From positions 85,470 through 149,469 of the forward strand of contig CALVOG010000001.1 in NCBI GenBank assembly GCA_944350265.1: a stretch of 64,000 bases of DNA, read 5' to 3'. The stretch is from an uncultured Clostridia bacterium. Lineage in GTDB: Bacteria; Bacillota; Clostridia; Christensenellales; UBA1242. Below, in pieces: positions 47,336 through 56,554 of the stretch. The notes beneath the pieces are model-generated. The model was not told the DNA's origin, made no database searches, and saw only the letters and a program-made list of their open reading frames with translations. How positions within the stretch are numbered: position 1 is the first letter of the stretch; each line of letters starts with the position of its first letter. Both the position numbers and the translations under genes were made by a program.

Positions 47336-47380
47336 TAACAAAGTGATATCAATTTTTAAAATAGAAATTAGGAGGGTGTT

Positions 47381-47689
47381 ATGGAATTTTTGAATGAAAA
47401 GAACTTTGATGAAAAAACTAAAAAGGGGCTTGTGGTCGTTGATTTTTTTGCCAACTGGTGCGGACCGTGCCGTATGCTTGCACCAATTTTGGAGGATGTG
47501 GCAAACGAGTTGGGCGACAGGGCGAAGGTCTACAAGGTGAACGTCGACGATGAGGAAAATCTCGCTCGAAAATTTGGGATTATGAGCATACCTTGCCTCT
47601 ACTTTTTTAAAGACGGCGAGGTGGTTGGTAAGCAAGTTGGACTGCTTCCAAAAGATGCGCTTCTTAAAAAAATCGAAGAATGCCTATAA
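47381..47689 (+). CDS. trxA: thioredoxin
   Basis: WCGPC active site, 102 aa. SD TAGGAGGGTG. Confidence 0.95.
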   Translation: MEFLNEKNFDEKTKKGLVVVDFFANWCGPCRMLAPILEDVANELGDRAKVYKVNVDDEENLARKFGIMSIPCLYFFKDGEVVGKQVGLLPKDALLKKIEECL

Positions 47690-47786
47690 TCCTTTTATAC
47701 CTAAATCACTTTAAAGAAAGGGAATGATTAATTTGACCTCTGATTGTTAAATTTGTTCCTATTTTAGGTTATTTTATAAGTAAGTA

Positions 47787-47815
47787 TTGACTTTTTGGGG
47801 CGCGCGTGTTAAAAT
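47787..47815 (+). promoter_or_regulatory. sigma-A type promoter of nifS-nifU
   Basis: TTGACT, 17 nt spacer, TAAAAT. Confidence 0.6.
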
Positions 47816-47847
47816 TTAAGTGAAGAAATATTTAAGAAGAGGGAAAG

Positions 47848-49020
47848 ATGGACAGAAAAATTTATTTGGATAACGCTTCAACCACTTATGTGTCGCAAGA
47901 GGTTTTGAACGAAATGTTGCCGTGTTTTAATGTGCTTTACGGCAACGCTGGCTCCATTCACAGTTTTGGTAGAACGGCGATGGGCATAGTCGACAAGGCG
48001 CGCGACCGCATAAAAGAGGGGATAAATGCGCAAAAATCCACTGAAATTTACTTCACAAGCGGTGGCACGGAGGCTGATAATTTGGCAATTTTGGGTGTTG
48101 CGCGGGCCTATAGCGATAAGGGAAAGCATATCATCACCAGCCAAATCGAACATCACGCCGTTTTAAACGCGTGCAAACAGTTGGAAAAGGAGGGCTTTGA
48201 AGTCACTTACCTTCCTGTTGACTGCTCTGGGCTTGTGAGTTTGCCTGACCTACTTCACTCCATCCGCAAAGACACCACGCTTATCTCAATTATGTCGCTT
48301 AACAACGAGGTTGGGACCATTCAAAACATCAAATCAATCGCAAAAATTGCCCACGATTACGGTGTTATTTTCCACACCGACGCTGTGCAGGCAATAGGGC
48401 AGGTGAAGATTGATGTGCAAGATATGGAAATTGACCTTTTGAGTATGTCAGCGCACAAAATACACGGACCAAAGGGTGTTGGGGCACTCTATGTGAAGTC
48501 GGGCATTAAGTTCGACACGCTCACTTATGGCGGTAACCAAGAACGCGAGAAGCGCGCTGGAACGGAAAATGTGCCAGGAATTGCAGGGCTTGGCAAGGCG
48601 GTTGAGATTGCAACGAAGAATTATTCAATCACAAACCGCAAACTGAAGATAATAAGAGATTATTTCATCGAAAAACTCGCCGAAAAAGTGGAATATTTCC
48701 AAGTGAACGGGCATCCTTATCAAAAATCGAATGCAATCATCAACATCTCTTTCTATGGCGTTGAGGGTGAGGCGCTTTTGATGCTATTGGACCTCGCGGG
48801 GATTTGTGTTTCAACAGGTTCTGCTTGCACATCGAAATCGCTGTTGCCGTCGCACGTTTTGCGCGCAATGAATATCCCAGACGACATCGCGCAAGGCTCA
48901 ATTAGGTTCTCGTTCGGCACAAACATAAGTAAGGCGGATGTTGATTACGTGGTTGACGAAATCGCAAAAGCGGTTGCAAAACTAAGGGCAATTTCGCCAA
49001 TTCAGGCGGGGAGGATATAA
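47848..49020 (+). CDS. nifS: cysteine desulfurase NifS
   Basis: SAHKIHGPKGVGALYV carries the PLP lysine and GSACTSKS the catalytic Cys. Immediately followed by the scaffold gene. Confidence 0.9.
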   Translation: MDRKIYLDNASTTYVSQEVLNEMLPCFNVLYGNAGSIHSFGRTAMGIVDKARDRIKEGINAQKSTEIYFTSGGTEADNLAILGVARAYSDKGKHIITSQIEHHAVLNACKQLEKEGFEVTYLPVDCSGLVSLPDLLHSIRKDTTLISIMSLNNEVGTIQNIKSIAKIAHDYGVIFHTDAVQAIGQVKIDVQDMEIDLLSMSAHKIHGPKGVGALYVKSGIKFDTLTYGGNQEREKRAGTENVPGIAGLGKAVEIATKNYSITNRKLKIIRDYFIEKLAEKVEYFQVNGHPYQKSNAIINISFYGVEGEALLMLLDLAGICVSTGSACTSKSLLPSHVLRAMNIPDDIAQGSIRFSFGTNISKADVDYVVDEIAKAVAKLRAISPIQAGRI

Positions 49021-49021
49021 G

Positions 49022-49429
49022 ATGTATTATAACAGATTCATTATGGAAAGATTTAAAGACCCAGTAAACGCGGGCGGTATGCACGGCGCAAATGCGGTCG
49101 GCGAGGTTGTTAAAGACCACTGCAACGATATGACGCGTCTTTATCTTAAAATTAACGATAACAACATCATTGAAAGCGCAAGATTTAAAACTTTTGGATG
49201 CTGTGCGTCGATTGTGTCAGCTGACGTCACTTGCGATTTGGTTAAGGGTAAAACGATTGACGAGGCGCTTCAAATCACAAATGAGGACGTCGTGCGCGTT
49301 ATGGGCGAGTTGCCTGCGAATAAAGAATATTGCTCGGTTATGGCAGAAGAAACGATACGTAGCGCCATCGAGGACTACTATAAACGTAGAGAAAAGGAAG
49401 CAAAAAAGAAAAAATCTACAATCGACTAA
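49022..49429 (+). CDS. nifU: Fe-S cluster assembly scaffold protein (NifU N-terminal/IscU type)
   Basis: 135 aa. Conserved Cys residues in HCNDM, FGCCAS and EYCS. Adjacent to nifS. Confidence 0.85.
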   Translation: MYYNRFIMERFKDPVNAGGMHGANAVGEVVKDHCNDMTRLYLKINDNNIIESARFKTFGCCASIVSADVTCDLVKGKTIDEALQITNEDVVRVMGELPANKEYCSVMAEETIRSAIEDYYKRREKEAKKKKSTID

Positions 49430-49781
49430 CTTGTTTTAAACAAATTTTTCTCTATAAACCAACCACTCCAGCCTTATCAAATTGTTATGATAGTCAAAAT
49501 CTTTCTCGCTGTCTTTCAGTAGATTTAAGTTAGTTTGCTCGTCGAAACTTATCTCAACCGCTTTTTTCCTTTAATTTGCTGTATTTTTATTAACTTGCTG
49601 TTTTAATTTATTACATATTTGTAAATCAAAAATCATATCAAATAATCGTGTTGAGTAAATCATAGTAAACATTTTAAAATTAAAAAACATAACCAGTAGT
49701 GGGGTAGGGGGCAAGATTAGCAAAATTAAAGAAATGAGCAAAAAACTTATTAGAAATTACTCCTAAAACTACAAAACAAAA

Positions 49782-49811
49782 AGCGATAGAATTTGTCTAT
49801 CACTTTTTTTA
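49782..49811 (+). terminator. rho-independent terminator-like hairpin about 350 nt downstream of nifU
   Basis: Stem GATAGA / TCTATC (plus 2 flanking pairs), loop ATTTG, followed by T7. Confidence 0.4.
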
Positions 49812-49839
49812 ATGCTGAGATAATATGCATATAATAATG

Positions 49840-50160
49840 CATATTTTGGATAAAAAACATATTTTGGATAAAAAACATATTTTGGATAAAAAACATATGA
49901 AAATGGATGAAAAACATATAAATAACCAACTAAAACAAAAAACTAACTGAAACAAGATAATTAACTTAAATACATATATAGTAATTAACGTATTTAGTAA
50001 TTAACGTATTTAGTAATTAACTGATATAATAATTATAATTAACCGAAAAACATATAAAATAACTAATTAGAAAACTATAATTAACCAATTAGAAACATAT
50101 AAAGTAAAAATTAAACAAAAAACACATAAAATAAGCAAAAACACGCAAAATAAGCAAAAA
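49840..50160 (+). repeat. field of AT-rich microsatellite-like tandem repeats
   Basis: CATATTTTGGATAAAAAA occurs 3 times (49840-49893). GTAATTAACGTATTTA occurs 2.8 times (49981-50028). AAAAACACRYAAAATAAGC occurs twice (50117-50160). Confidence 0.85.
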
Positions 50161-50167
50161 ATCTCAC

Positions 50168-50203
50168 TATCTATTCGCAAAACCTGTCTTTTGCGAATAG
50201 ATA
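50168..50203. other. perfect 15-bp-stem hairpin
   Basis: TATCTATTCGCAAAA-cctgtc-TTTTGCGAATAGATA. On the minus strand it is followed by GTGAGATTTTTTGC. Lies about 125 bp downstream of the IMPase-family gene. Confidence 0.6.
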
Positions 50204-50325
50204 AGATGTGTTATCGCCATCATAAAATAGATGATTAGATAAGGAAGTGTTACTTATTAACTACAAATTTTCAATTATTACAATATATTTCTCTTCAATA
50301 AATCTCTATAAAGTTTTTCGCTAAT

Positions 50326-51099
50326 CTACTGCAAACTTAAAAATTCGTCTAATTGTAGGCAAAATGAGTAGATTTTTGCTCCATTTATATCATAACACGT
50401 TGCAGATAATTCTTTGGCAAGTAAGTCGCCCGGCAACTGGTCCCATTTATTTTTAGCAGTTTCAATAAAATAATCCACCGCCCCGCTCGCTAAGAGCGTA
50501 TAGGTATAACCAGAAGAATTTATTAACAAAAATTTCGGAGATTGATACTCATGTTTTTCATAATTATATATTTTTTCTATTATTTTCGTTATTTCGTTAT
50601 CCCACTTAGACGGAGAACCACAAACTGCAACATTGCACCTTTTAAACGACACATCGTTTTTGCGTTTAGAAATTTTTTTGTCATTTAAAAATGCGCCTAG
50701 TCCCCTTATGGCAACATACATATCATGGCTTTTTGGAAGATAAATGATAGAAAACTGAGTTTCGCCTTCATCATAAAAAGCCAATTGGACACTATAAAAA
50801 GGACAATTTCTAATAAAAAAAGAAGTGCCGTCAATTGGGTCAATCACCCAAGTTCTATCTGATAAGTTGGTTCTATTTGAAGTTTCTTCTGTTAGAAAAT
50901 TATCTTTTTCATATGCCTTTTTAATATTTTTTATTAATAATTTTTCTAAGCCGACATCAATATTAGTAACTAACGACTTATCTTCTTTTTGTTTAATGTC
51001 CATATTTGCTTTTTTAGTGCATTGTTTATAGCATTTTATCACAAGTTTTTTCGCTAAAATTAACTCACGCTTGTATTTAAATCTTTGCCCTGTTTCCAT
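50326..51099 (-). CDS. inositol monophosphatase family phosphatase
   Basis: FLTEE metal site, WVIDPIDGT, and NKWDQLPG (WD motif). SD AAGAGG. The start overlaps the upstream kinase gene by 23 nt. Confidence 0.8.
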   Translation of the reverse strand: METGQRFKYKRELILAKKLVIKCYKQCTKKANMDIKQKEDKSLVTNIDVGLEKLLIKNIKKAYEKDNFLTEETSNRTNLSDRTWVIDPIDGTSFFIRNCPFYSVQLAFYDEGETQFSIIYLPKSHDMYVAIRGLGAFLNDKKISKRKNDVSFKRCNVAVCGSPSKWDNEITKIIEKIYNYEKHEYQSPKFLLINSSGYTYTLLASGAVDYFIETAKNKWDQLPGDLLAKELSATCYDINGAKIYSFCLQLDEFLSLQ

Positions 51100-51982
51100 G
51101 ATAACCTCTTACAAACTCTTCAAGTTCTTGTTTTGTTGGCATACCAGTTTGCGCTGATTCGTAGCCTATTTTATATGCACTGGCAAATTGAGCAAGGTAT
51201 ACCGCCTCGTCAAATGGCATCCCTACTGCAAGGTTTGCAACAAAATTTCCACAAAATGTGTCCCCTGCCCCTGTGGTGTCAACGACTTGCTTTACTGTAA
51301 TTGCGGGTAACTTAACCACCTCTTTATCGTTAGAATATACTAAACCCTTTCCGCCAAGCGTTATAATTAATTGATTTTTGTGCTTTTTTACGATATTTTC
51401 AACACTATTTTCACCAAAAACAGCCAATGCCTCTTTCTCGTTTGCACAAATGTAAGTAACCTTATTTAGAATTTCAGCATTATTTTCGTCAGCGACAACA
51501 GAAAGTTGCTGTGGTTTTGTTGGCGTCAAAATTGTCTTTATTCCGTTTTCGTAACAAAATTCAATAAGCGACTTTGTAAAATCATAGGACGCTTTATTTT
51601 GTAAAATAACATATTTTGATGCGAGAATCACTTTTTTATACTTGTCAATCAGTTCGTCGTTAAAGTATGTAATGATTTTGCCACTACGTTCGATGGAGTT
51701 GTCACCGTCCCTTATAGTGATTTTTGCGATATCGTTTTGTTCACCGCTTACAACATCAACAAAAGTTGCGACTCCCGCTTTCTTCAAATTGCTCACAATC
51801 AAATCAGTGTATTTATCTTCACCAAGTTTTGTGACAATGCAAGTGCTAGCGCCCGCTCGTGAACAAGCAACCGCCTGATTTGCACCTTTCCCGCCAAAAA
51901 ACACCTTAGTTTGTCCAGCATCAGCATAGTATGTTATATCCACACTGCACCCACCAACAATGCAAACGTCAAATTTTTTCAT
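51077..51982 (-). CDS. PfkB-family carbohydrate kinase (ribokinase-like)
   Basis: FGGKGANQAVA and the C-terminal DTTGAGDTFCGNF. 301 aa. Confidence 0.8.
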   Translation of the reverse strand: MKKFDVCIVGGCSVDITYYADAGQTKVFFGGKGANQAVACSRAGASTCIVTKLGEDKYTDLIVSNLKKAGVATFVDVVSGEQNDIAKITIRDGDNSIERSGKIITYFNDELIDKYKKVILASKYVILQNKASYDFTKSLIEFCYENGIKTILTPTKPQQLSVVADENNAEILNKVTYICANEKEALAVFGENSVENIVKKHKNQLIITLGGKGLVYSNDKEVVKLPAITVKQVVDTTGAGDTFCGNFVANLAVGMPFDEAVYLAQFASAYKIGYESAQTGMPTKQELEEFVRGYHGNRAKI

Positions 51983-51991
51983 AACACCCTC

Positions 51992-52375
51992 CTACGCGAC
52001 GAAAATGGCGAAGATGAAAAGTCCAGCGAAGCCGAAGCAAAGAACAATCTTGCAAATTTCGAAAAATTTCGCGCGCCTCGTTGTTTTTTTATACTCTTTT
52101 TCATACGCCAATTCGTTTTTTTCAAACTCCTCACTTGTCACGGTTGTTGAGTTGATTTTTTCCGCTTTAAAGTAAGAAAATTCGTCGGCAAGTTGCTTTT
52201 TGAAGTCGGTGAGATAGTTGTAAATCAAAAACCCCGCCCACACAAGTGACAGCGCCGACATAAGTGCCAGCACAAAAATTTGAAACCCCGCCCACACATT
52301 GATGAGCAGAGCAAAAACTATGCACAAGGCAATTATTGAAGCGCTTATAATGTAGATTATGTTGATTTTTTTCAT
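51992..52375 (-). CDS. small membrane protein, function unknown
   Basis: 127 aa. Two N-terminal TM helices carry a duplicated VWAGF motif, followed by a charged linker and a C-terminal TM helix. Only 9 nt from the kinase gene start. Confidence 0.55.
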   Translation of the reverse strand: MKKINIIYIISASIIALCIVFALLINVWAGFQIFVLALMSALSLVWAGFLIYNYLTDFKKQLADEFSYFKAEKINSTTVTSEEFEKNELAYEKEYKKTTRRAKFFEICKIVLCFGFAGLFIFAIFVA

Positions 52376-52443
52376 AATGACCTTTTTGTTTCACTATTTT
52401 TTCTTAAATTTTTTATTAAAACCTTATTTCAAATTTAGTCTCA

Positions 52444-52941
52444 TCACACCACAGCAAAAATATAGAACACAACAAGTATTACCGTTGCCACAATCCAGCC
52501 GATAAGCCACCAGATGTTTCCGCGTTTTCGTGTGAAGTAGAAGCCAAGCCAGATTGCCACGATATATGCGAGGCACTCGCCCACCCCCTGCATATACTCC
52601 GCAATTTGAGGCGATTCACTCTTTGAAAAAGCCAGCCTCAAAATCATTGCAATGGCGATGAGGATGACAGCAAAATATGCGAAGCACTGCAAAATTCTGT
52701 TTGGCCCCCACTTAATAACGGTTTGCTCGCCATTTTTCTTTTTGCTTTTCACGCTTTGAGCCTTAACCACAAGAGCGTCGTCATTTTCGACCTCACTCGC
52801 ACCTTTTTGCGCCGAATTATTATCTAGCGCATCACTTTTTTGCGTATTTTCCGCCTGTTCTTCCTCTAAATTTTCCTCAATGTGGTTGTTTTTTTCCTCA
52901 TTAACCGCTTCTTCTTGCTGTTTTTTCTTTAATTTGAACAT
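52444..52941 (-). CDS. membrane protein with acidic N-terminal tail, function unknown
   Basis: 165 aa. The first 75 residues or so are E/N/K/Q-rich, followed by three predicted TM helices. SD AAAGGAGAAATC. Confidence 0.55.
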   Translation of the reverse strand: MFKLKKKQQEEAVNEEKNNHIEENLEEEQAENTQKSDALDNNSAQKGASEVENDDALVVKAQSVKSKKKNGEQTVIKWGPNRILQCFAYFAVILIAIAMILRLAFSKSESPQIAEYMQGVGECLAYIVAIWLGFYFTRKRGNIWWLIGWIVATVILVVFYIFAVV

Positions 52942-53082
52942 AGATTTCTCCTTTTTTTTGAAATTATTGAAGAATACTAACCAAAAAGCAAATTTGCCCT
53001 AATATTTGTTTGCAAACTTCGCCTTATCCAAGTGGCAATGCGAGTTTCTCAATATAAAGGTATGCTCGACACCCTGGAAAAA

Positions 53083-54666
53083 TTATTTCGCAGTCTCAAC
53101 AAATCGGCTTTCCCTTATCACGTTCACCTTAATGTGTCCCGGATATTGCATTTCGTTCTCGATTTTTGTGGCAATCTCTTTTGCCATAAACATCGCTTGA
53201 CTGTCGCTTATTTCCTCAGGCTTAACGATAATTCTCACCTCTCTACCCGCTTGAACGGCGTAAGATTTTTCTACGCCCTTAAAGCCGTTGGCAATTTCTT
53301 CAAGTTGTTGAAGGCGTTTAATATAATTCTCAAAAGAATCGCGTCTTGCTCCTGGCCTTGAAGAGGAAATGGCGTCAGCAACCTGCACAATCACAGCCTC
53401 AATGGTTTTAAATTCAACATTAAAGTGGTGCGCCTCGATACAGTGAACAACCGCTTCGCTTTCGCCATATTTTTTTGCAAGTTCCACACCAATTTGCACG
53501 TGAGTGCCTTCAAGTTCGTGGTCGAGCGCCTTGCCGATATCGTGCAAGAGTCCGCCACGCTTACAAATTTTAACATTTGCCCCCATTTCCGACGCAAGAA
53601 GCCCAGCAATAATTGAGGTTTCAATCGAGTGTTTCAAAACATTTTGCCCGTAACTTGTGCGATACTTCAGCCTGCCCAGCGTTTTCACAAGTTCGCTGTT
53701 TAGGTTAAATATGCCCGTTTCGTTGCACGCCTCGTCACCAGCCTGCTTAATAGACTTATCAACCTCTCTTTGCATTTTTTCAACAATTTCCTCAATACGT
53801 GTTGGATGTATTCTGCCGTCAGTGATAAGTTTTTCAAGTGACAATCTTGCCACCTCACGCCTTATTGGGTCAAAGCCAGAGATGGTGATGGTTTCAGGTG
53901 TGTCGTCCACAATAAGTTCAACGCCCGTTGCGGACTCGATGGCACGTATATTTCGCCCCTCGCGCCCGATGATACGCCCTTTCATTTCGTCGTTTGGAAG
54001 AGCAACAACCGAAACGGTCATTTCGGACGTGGTTTCCGTTGCGCATTTTTGAAGCGCTTGCCCGATAATCTCACGCGCCTTCAATTCGCCGTTTTCACGC
54101 GCATCGTCCTCAATTTTCTTAACGATAACTGACGCCTCTTTTTGCGCCTCCTCTCGCATACTGTTCACAAGCATATCAACCGCTTCTTGCTTGGACATTT
54201 TGGCAACTTTTTCAATCTCTTCCATCGCCTTATCTTTTAAAGAAGAGAGGTTTTGCCTATCTTTTTCAAGTTCTTCCTGGCTTTTTGCAAGCGCCTTCTT
54301 TTCGTCCTCAAGTTGCTCGGTGCGCTTATCAAGCGAAAGTTCCTTTTTTTCGATAAATTCTTCTCGCTGATTTAAGCGTTCCTCAAGTTTTGCCACCTCT
54401 TGTCGCCTATTTTTAACTTCCTCGTCAACTTCATCTTTAACTTTTTGAGACTGCTCTTTGCTTTCCAAAAGCGCCTCTTTTTTTATCGTCTTTGCTTCTG
54501 CATACGCATCTTCAATTATTTTAACAGCATTTGATTTATTTTTTTGCATCTTTTTGTTGGTGTAAACCATCATTATCACGCCACCAATCAAAAGTCCCGC
54601 AATTAGACAAACTATTGCTATTACAGATGCGATTGCAGGAGTGACGTTAAGTAACATTGCTCCCAT
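53083..54666 (-). CDS. rny: ribonuclease Y
   Basis: N-terminal TM helix, coiled-coil, KH motif GRIIGREGRNIRA, and HD domain HSIETS...LLHDIGK. Confidence 0.95.
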   Translation of the reverse strand: MGAMLLNVTPAIASVIAIVCLIAGLLIGGVIMMVYTNKKMQKNKSNAVKIIEDAYAEAKTIKKEALLESKEQSQKVKDEVDEEVKNRRQEVAKLEERLNQREEFIEKKELSLDKRTEQLEDEKKALAKSQEELEKDRQNLSSLKDKAMEEIEKVAKMSKQEAVDMLVNSMREEAQKEASVIVKKIEDDARENGELKAREIIGQALQKCATETTSEMTVSVVALPNDEMKGRIIGREGRNIRAIESATGVELIVDDTPETITISGFDPIRREVARLSLEKLITDGRIHPTRIEEIVEKMQREVDKSIKQAGDEACNETGIFNLNSELVKTLGRLKYRTSYGQNVLKHSIETSIIAGLLASEMGANVKICKRGGLLHDIGKALDHELEGTHVQIGVELAKKYGESEAVVHCIEAHHFNVEFKTIEAVIVQVADAISSSRPGARRDSFENYIKRLQQLEEIANGFKGVEKSYAVQAGREVRIIVKPEEISDSQAMFMAKEIATKIENEMQYPGHIKVNVIRESRFVETAK

Positions 54667-54714
54667 TTTCGCATTTCTCCTTTTAATAAATGTGTGGTAA
54701 CCCCACTTAGTGAT

Positions 54715-54743
54715 AGTTTAAACCTTTTTCAAGGTTTTGTCAA
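54715..54743 (-). promoter_or_regulatory. sigma-A type promoter of rny
   Basis: On the minus strand: TTGACA, 17 nt spacer, TAAACT. Confidence 0.6.
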
Positions 54744-54763
54744 ACTTTTTAGCGGATTTTGCT

Positions 54764-54885
54764 TGGGCGGGCGCAAAAATTTTAGCGCGAAAAAAGTTTT
54801 TGCCCCAACCTCCGCCCGTCGCACGCGCTAAAATTCGCCGACGAAAGTCGGCTTAGGCAACTTTCGTTGCCGTTGCGCCCGCCCA
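54764..54885. other. GC-rich nested inverted-repeat element X2 (four-way-junction fold), candidate structured RNA or DNA element
   Basis: The outer stem pairs TGGGCGGGCGCAA with TTGCGCCCGCCCA (13 bp, perfect). It encloses AATTTTAGCGCG-34 nt-CGCGCTAAAATT (12 bp, perfect), GCCGAC-gaaa-GTCGGC and GGCAAC-tttc-GTTGCC. Confidence 0.6.
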
Positions 54886-55227
54886 CATAAACCAACAGAC
54901 TTTACTTATTACGTAATTATTTTCTATAGACTATTTTTTAAATTAAATATTTTCCATATAGTGTAGTTTATATTATCGGAAGTCGAACCAAGCGCGACGA
55001 AGTCGCATTTGAGTGAGACTGATGTTTATTCAAACTGTGATGGCGGGCAAAGCACGCTAAATTCGTTAGAATTTATTAAAATTTTGAGTTAACAAAATTT
55101 TAACATCACATAGTTTATATTATTATTATTTAAAATTTTTATGTATAGTTATTGCTTGTGCAATGCTACTAAATATGGTATTAATTTTATAATATTTTCC
55201 ATATATTGTTGTATTCTTCTGTCACTT

Positions 55228-55405
55228 AACGCGCAGTATCGTTTCTACCATTAGAACTGCCAGCCTATTTGTCATTCTGAGCGGAGCGAAGAATGGTCGT
55301 AGGTGACGCTGTCACATTCTAAGGTTTCGCGTGTTAGACGGTGTCGCTTAACCAAAAATTAATCACCTGTCACAGCCCGCGAACGTCGAATCTTTCCTCT
55401 TAAAA
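55228..55405 (+). repeat. GTCATTCTGAG-family mosaic repeat, copy 9 (forward, long form)
   Basis: Left module AACGCGCAGTATCGTTTCTACCATTAGAACTGCC, core at 55271, and right module CAGCCCGCGAACGTCGAATCTTTCCTCTT. Confidence 0.85.
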
Positions 55406-55436
55406 TAAAAAACCTTAAACAAAAGCGTTTAAGGTT
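55401..55436 (-). terminator. rho-independent terminator downstream of the yebC-like gene
   Basis: Perfect 10-bp stem AACCTTAAAC / GTTTAAGGTT with a 6-nt loop. A U-run follows on the minus strand. Confidence 0.6.
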
Positions 55437-55618
55437 AAAAACATATTTATTACGCAAAATGAATTTATATATAACATTATTAAGTGAAACAGCCACTTAC
55501 ACAAATAAATATATCACAATATAAGCAAATAAGAATTCGTCAGTGAACTATAAAATAAATTTACATCAATCATATACAAAATAAGAATTTATGTATCACA
55601 TCATTAAGTGAAATAATA

Positions 55619-56335
55619 CTACATATTCACATTGTGATAAACTTCTTGCACATCATCCAAATCTTCAAGTGCGTCAACCATACGATTGAATTTGGTGAGT
55701 TGGTCATCATTTAAATCCACATAGTTATCCGGCACAAGTTCGGTGTCCGCGCTTACCACGCTGTAACCTTTCGCTTTAAGCGCCTCCTCCATTTTGAGGT
55801 GTTCATTAGGTTCGGTGACAACTTGCACCAAATCCTCGTCTTCAACCACGTCAACAGCGCCTGCGTCAAGTGCGTCCATCATAAGTGCGTCGATATCGCT
55901 GACATTTTCCACAATCACCACGCCCTTACGATTGAAGAGATACGACACACAATTTGACGACCCCAAACTTCCACCGTGCTTGTCAAACGCGTGCCTAACA
56001 TCGCCAGCGGTTCGGTTTTTATTATCAGTTAAGCACTCCACGATAACTGCCGACCCGCCAACGCCGTAACCCTCGTAGGTGATGGCCTCATAGTTAATTC
56101 CGCCAAGTTCGCCCGACGCCTTTTTAATCGAGCGCTCGATGTTGTCGCTTGGCATATTGTTTTGTTTAGCCTTGGCGATGATGTCGCGGAGTTTGCTGTT
56201 GGTGTTAGGGTCTGGTCCACCCGCCTTCACGCACACTGCAATTTCTCTGCCGATTTTTGTGAAAATTTTTCCGCGAGCCGCGTCGGACTTGCCCTTACGC
56301 GCCTGAATATTGTGCCATTTTGAGTGACCTGACAT
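55619..56335 (-). CDS. yebC: YebC/PmpR family DNA-binding transcriptional regulator
   Basis: [15 protein letters not shown]... 238 aa. Confidence 0.9.
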   Translation of the reverse strand: MSGHSKWHNIQARKGKSDAARGKIFTKIGREIAVCVKAGGPDPNTNSKLRDIIAKAKQNNMPSDNIERSIKKASGELGGINYEAITYEGYGVGGSAVIVECLTDNKNRTAGDVRHAFDKHGGSLGSSNCVSYLFNRKGVVIVENVSDIDALMMDALDAGAVDVVEDEDLVQVVTEPNEHLKMEEALKAKGYSVVSADTELVPDNYVDLNDDQLTKFNRMVDALEDLDDVQEVYHNVNM

Positions 56336-56554
56336 AAAAAACCTCCATATTTTTCTTTATTTTTCTAGCCTAAATTTCTCGATTTCGAGTTACGTTGTGA
56401 TAAATTATAAGTTGTAATAAAATAAATTAATAAGTTGTAATAAATTTTAAATGCTTATCGTTTAAAATATATAGTTAATCTTAAATCATATTGCAAAAAT
56501 TAAAATTAAAAGCAATAAATCTAAGAAAAACCAACTCCACAATAAACCATTCTC

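Noticed and set aside
49430-50325. A possible dif (XerCD) site or a mobile-element end in the strand-switch spacer
   Set aside because: I could not find a convincing 28-bp dif-like sequence (no GGTGCGCATAA / TTATGTTAAAT-type arms) by eye, and there is no integrase or transposase. I leave it as an open check rather than a call.
52942-53082. A terminator for rny around GCAAATTTGC (52990-53030)
   Set aside because: Only a short AT-rich palindrome with poor stem stability is present, and no clear U-run geometry. rny may be co-transcribed with the downstream membrane-protein genes.
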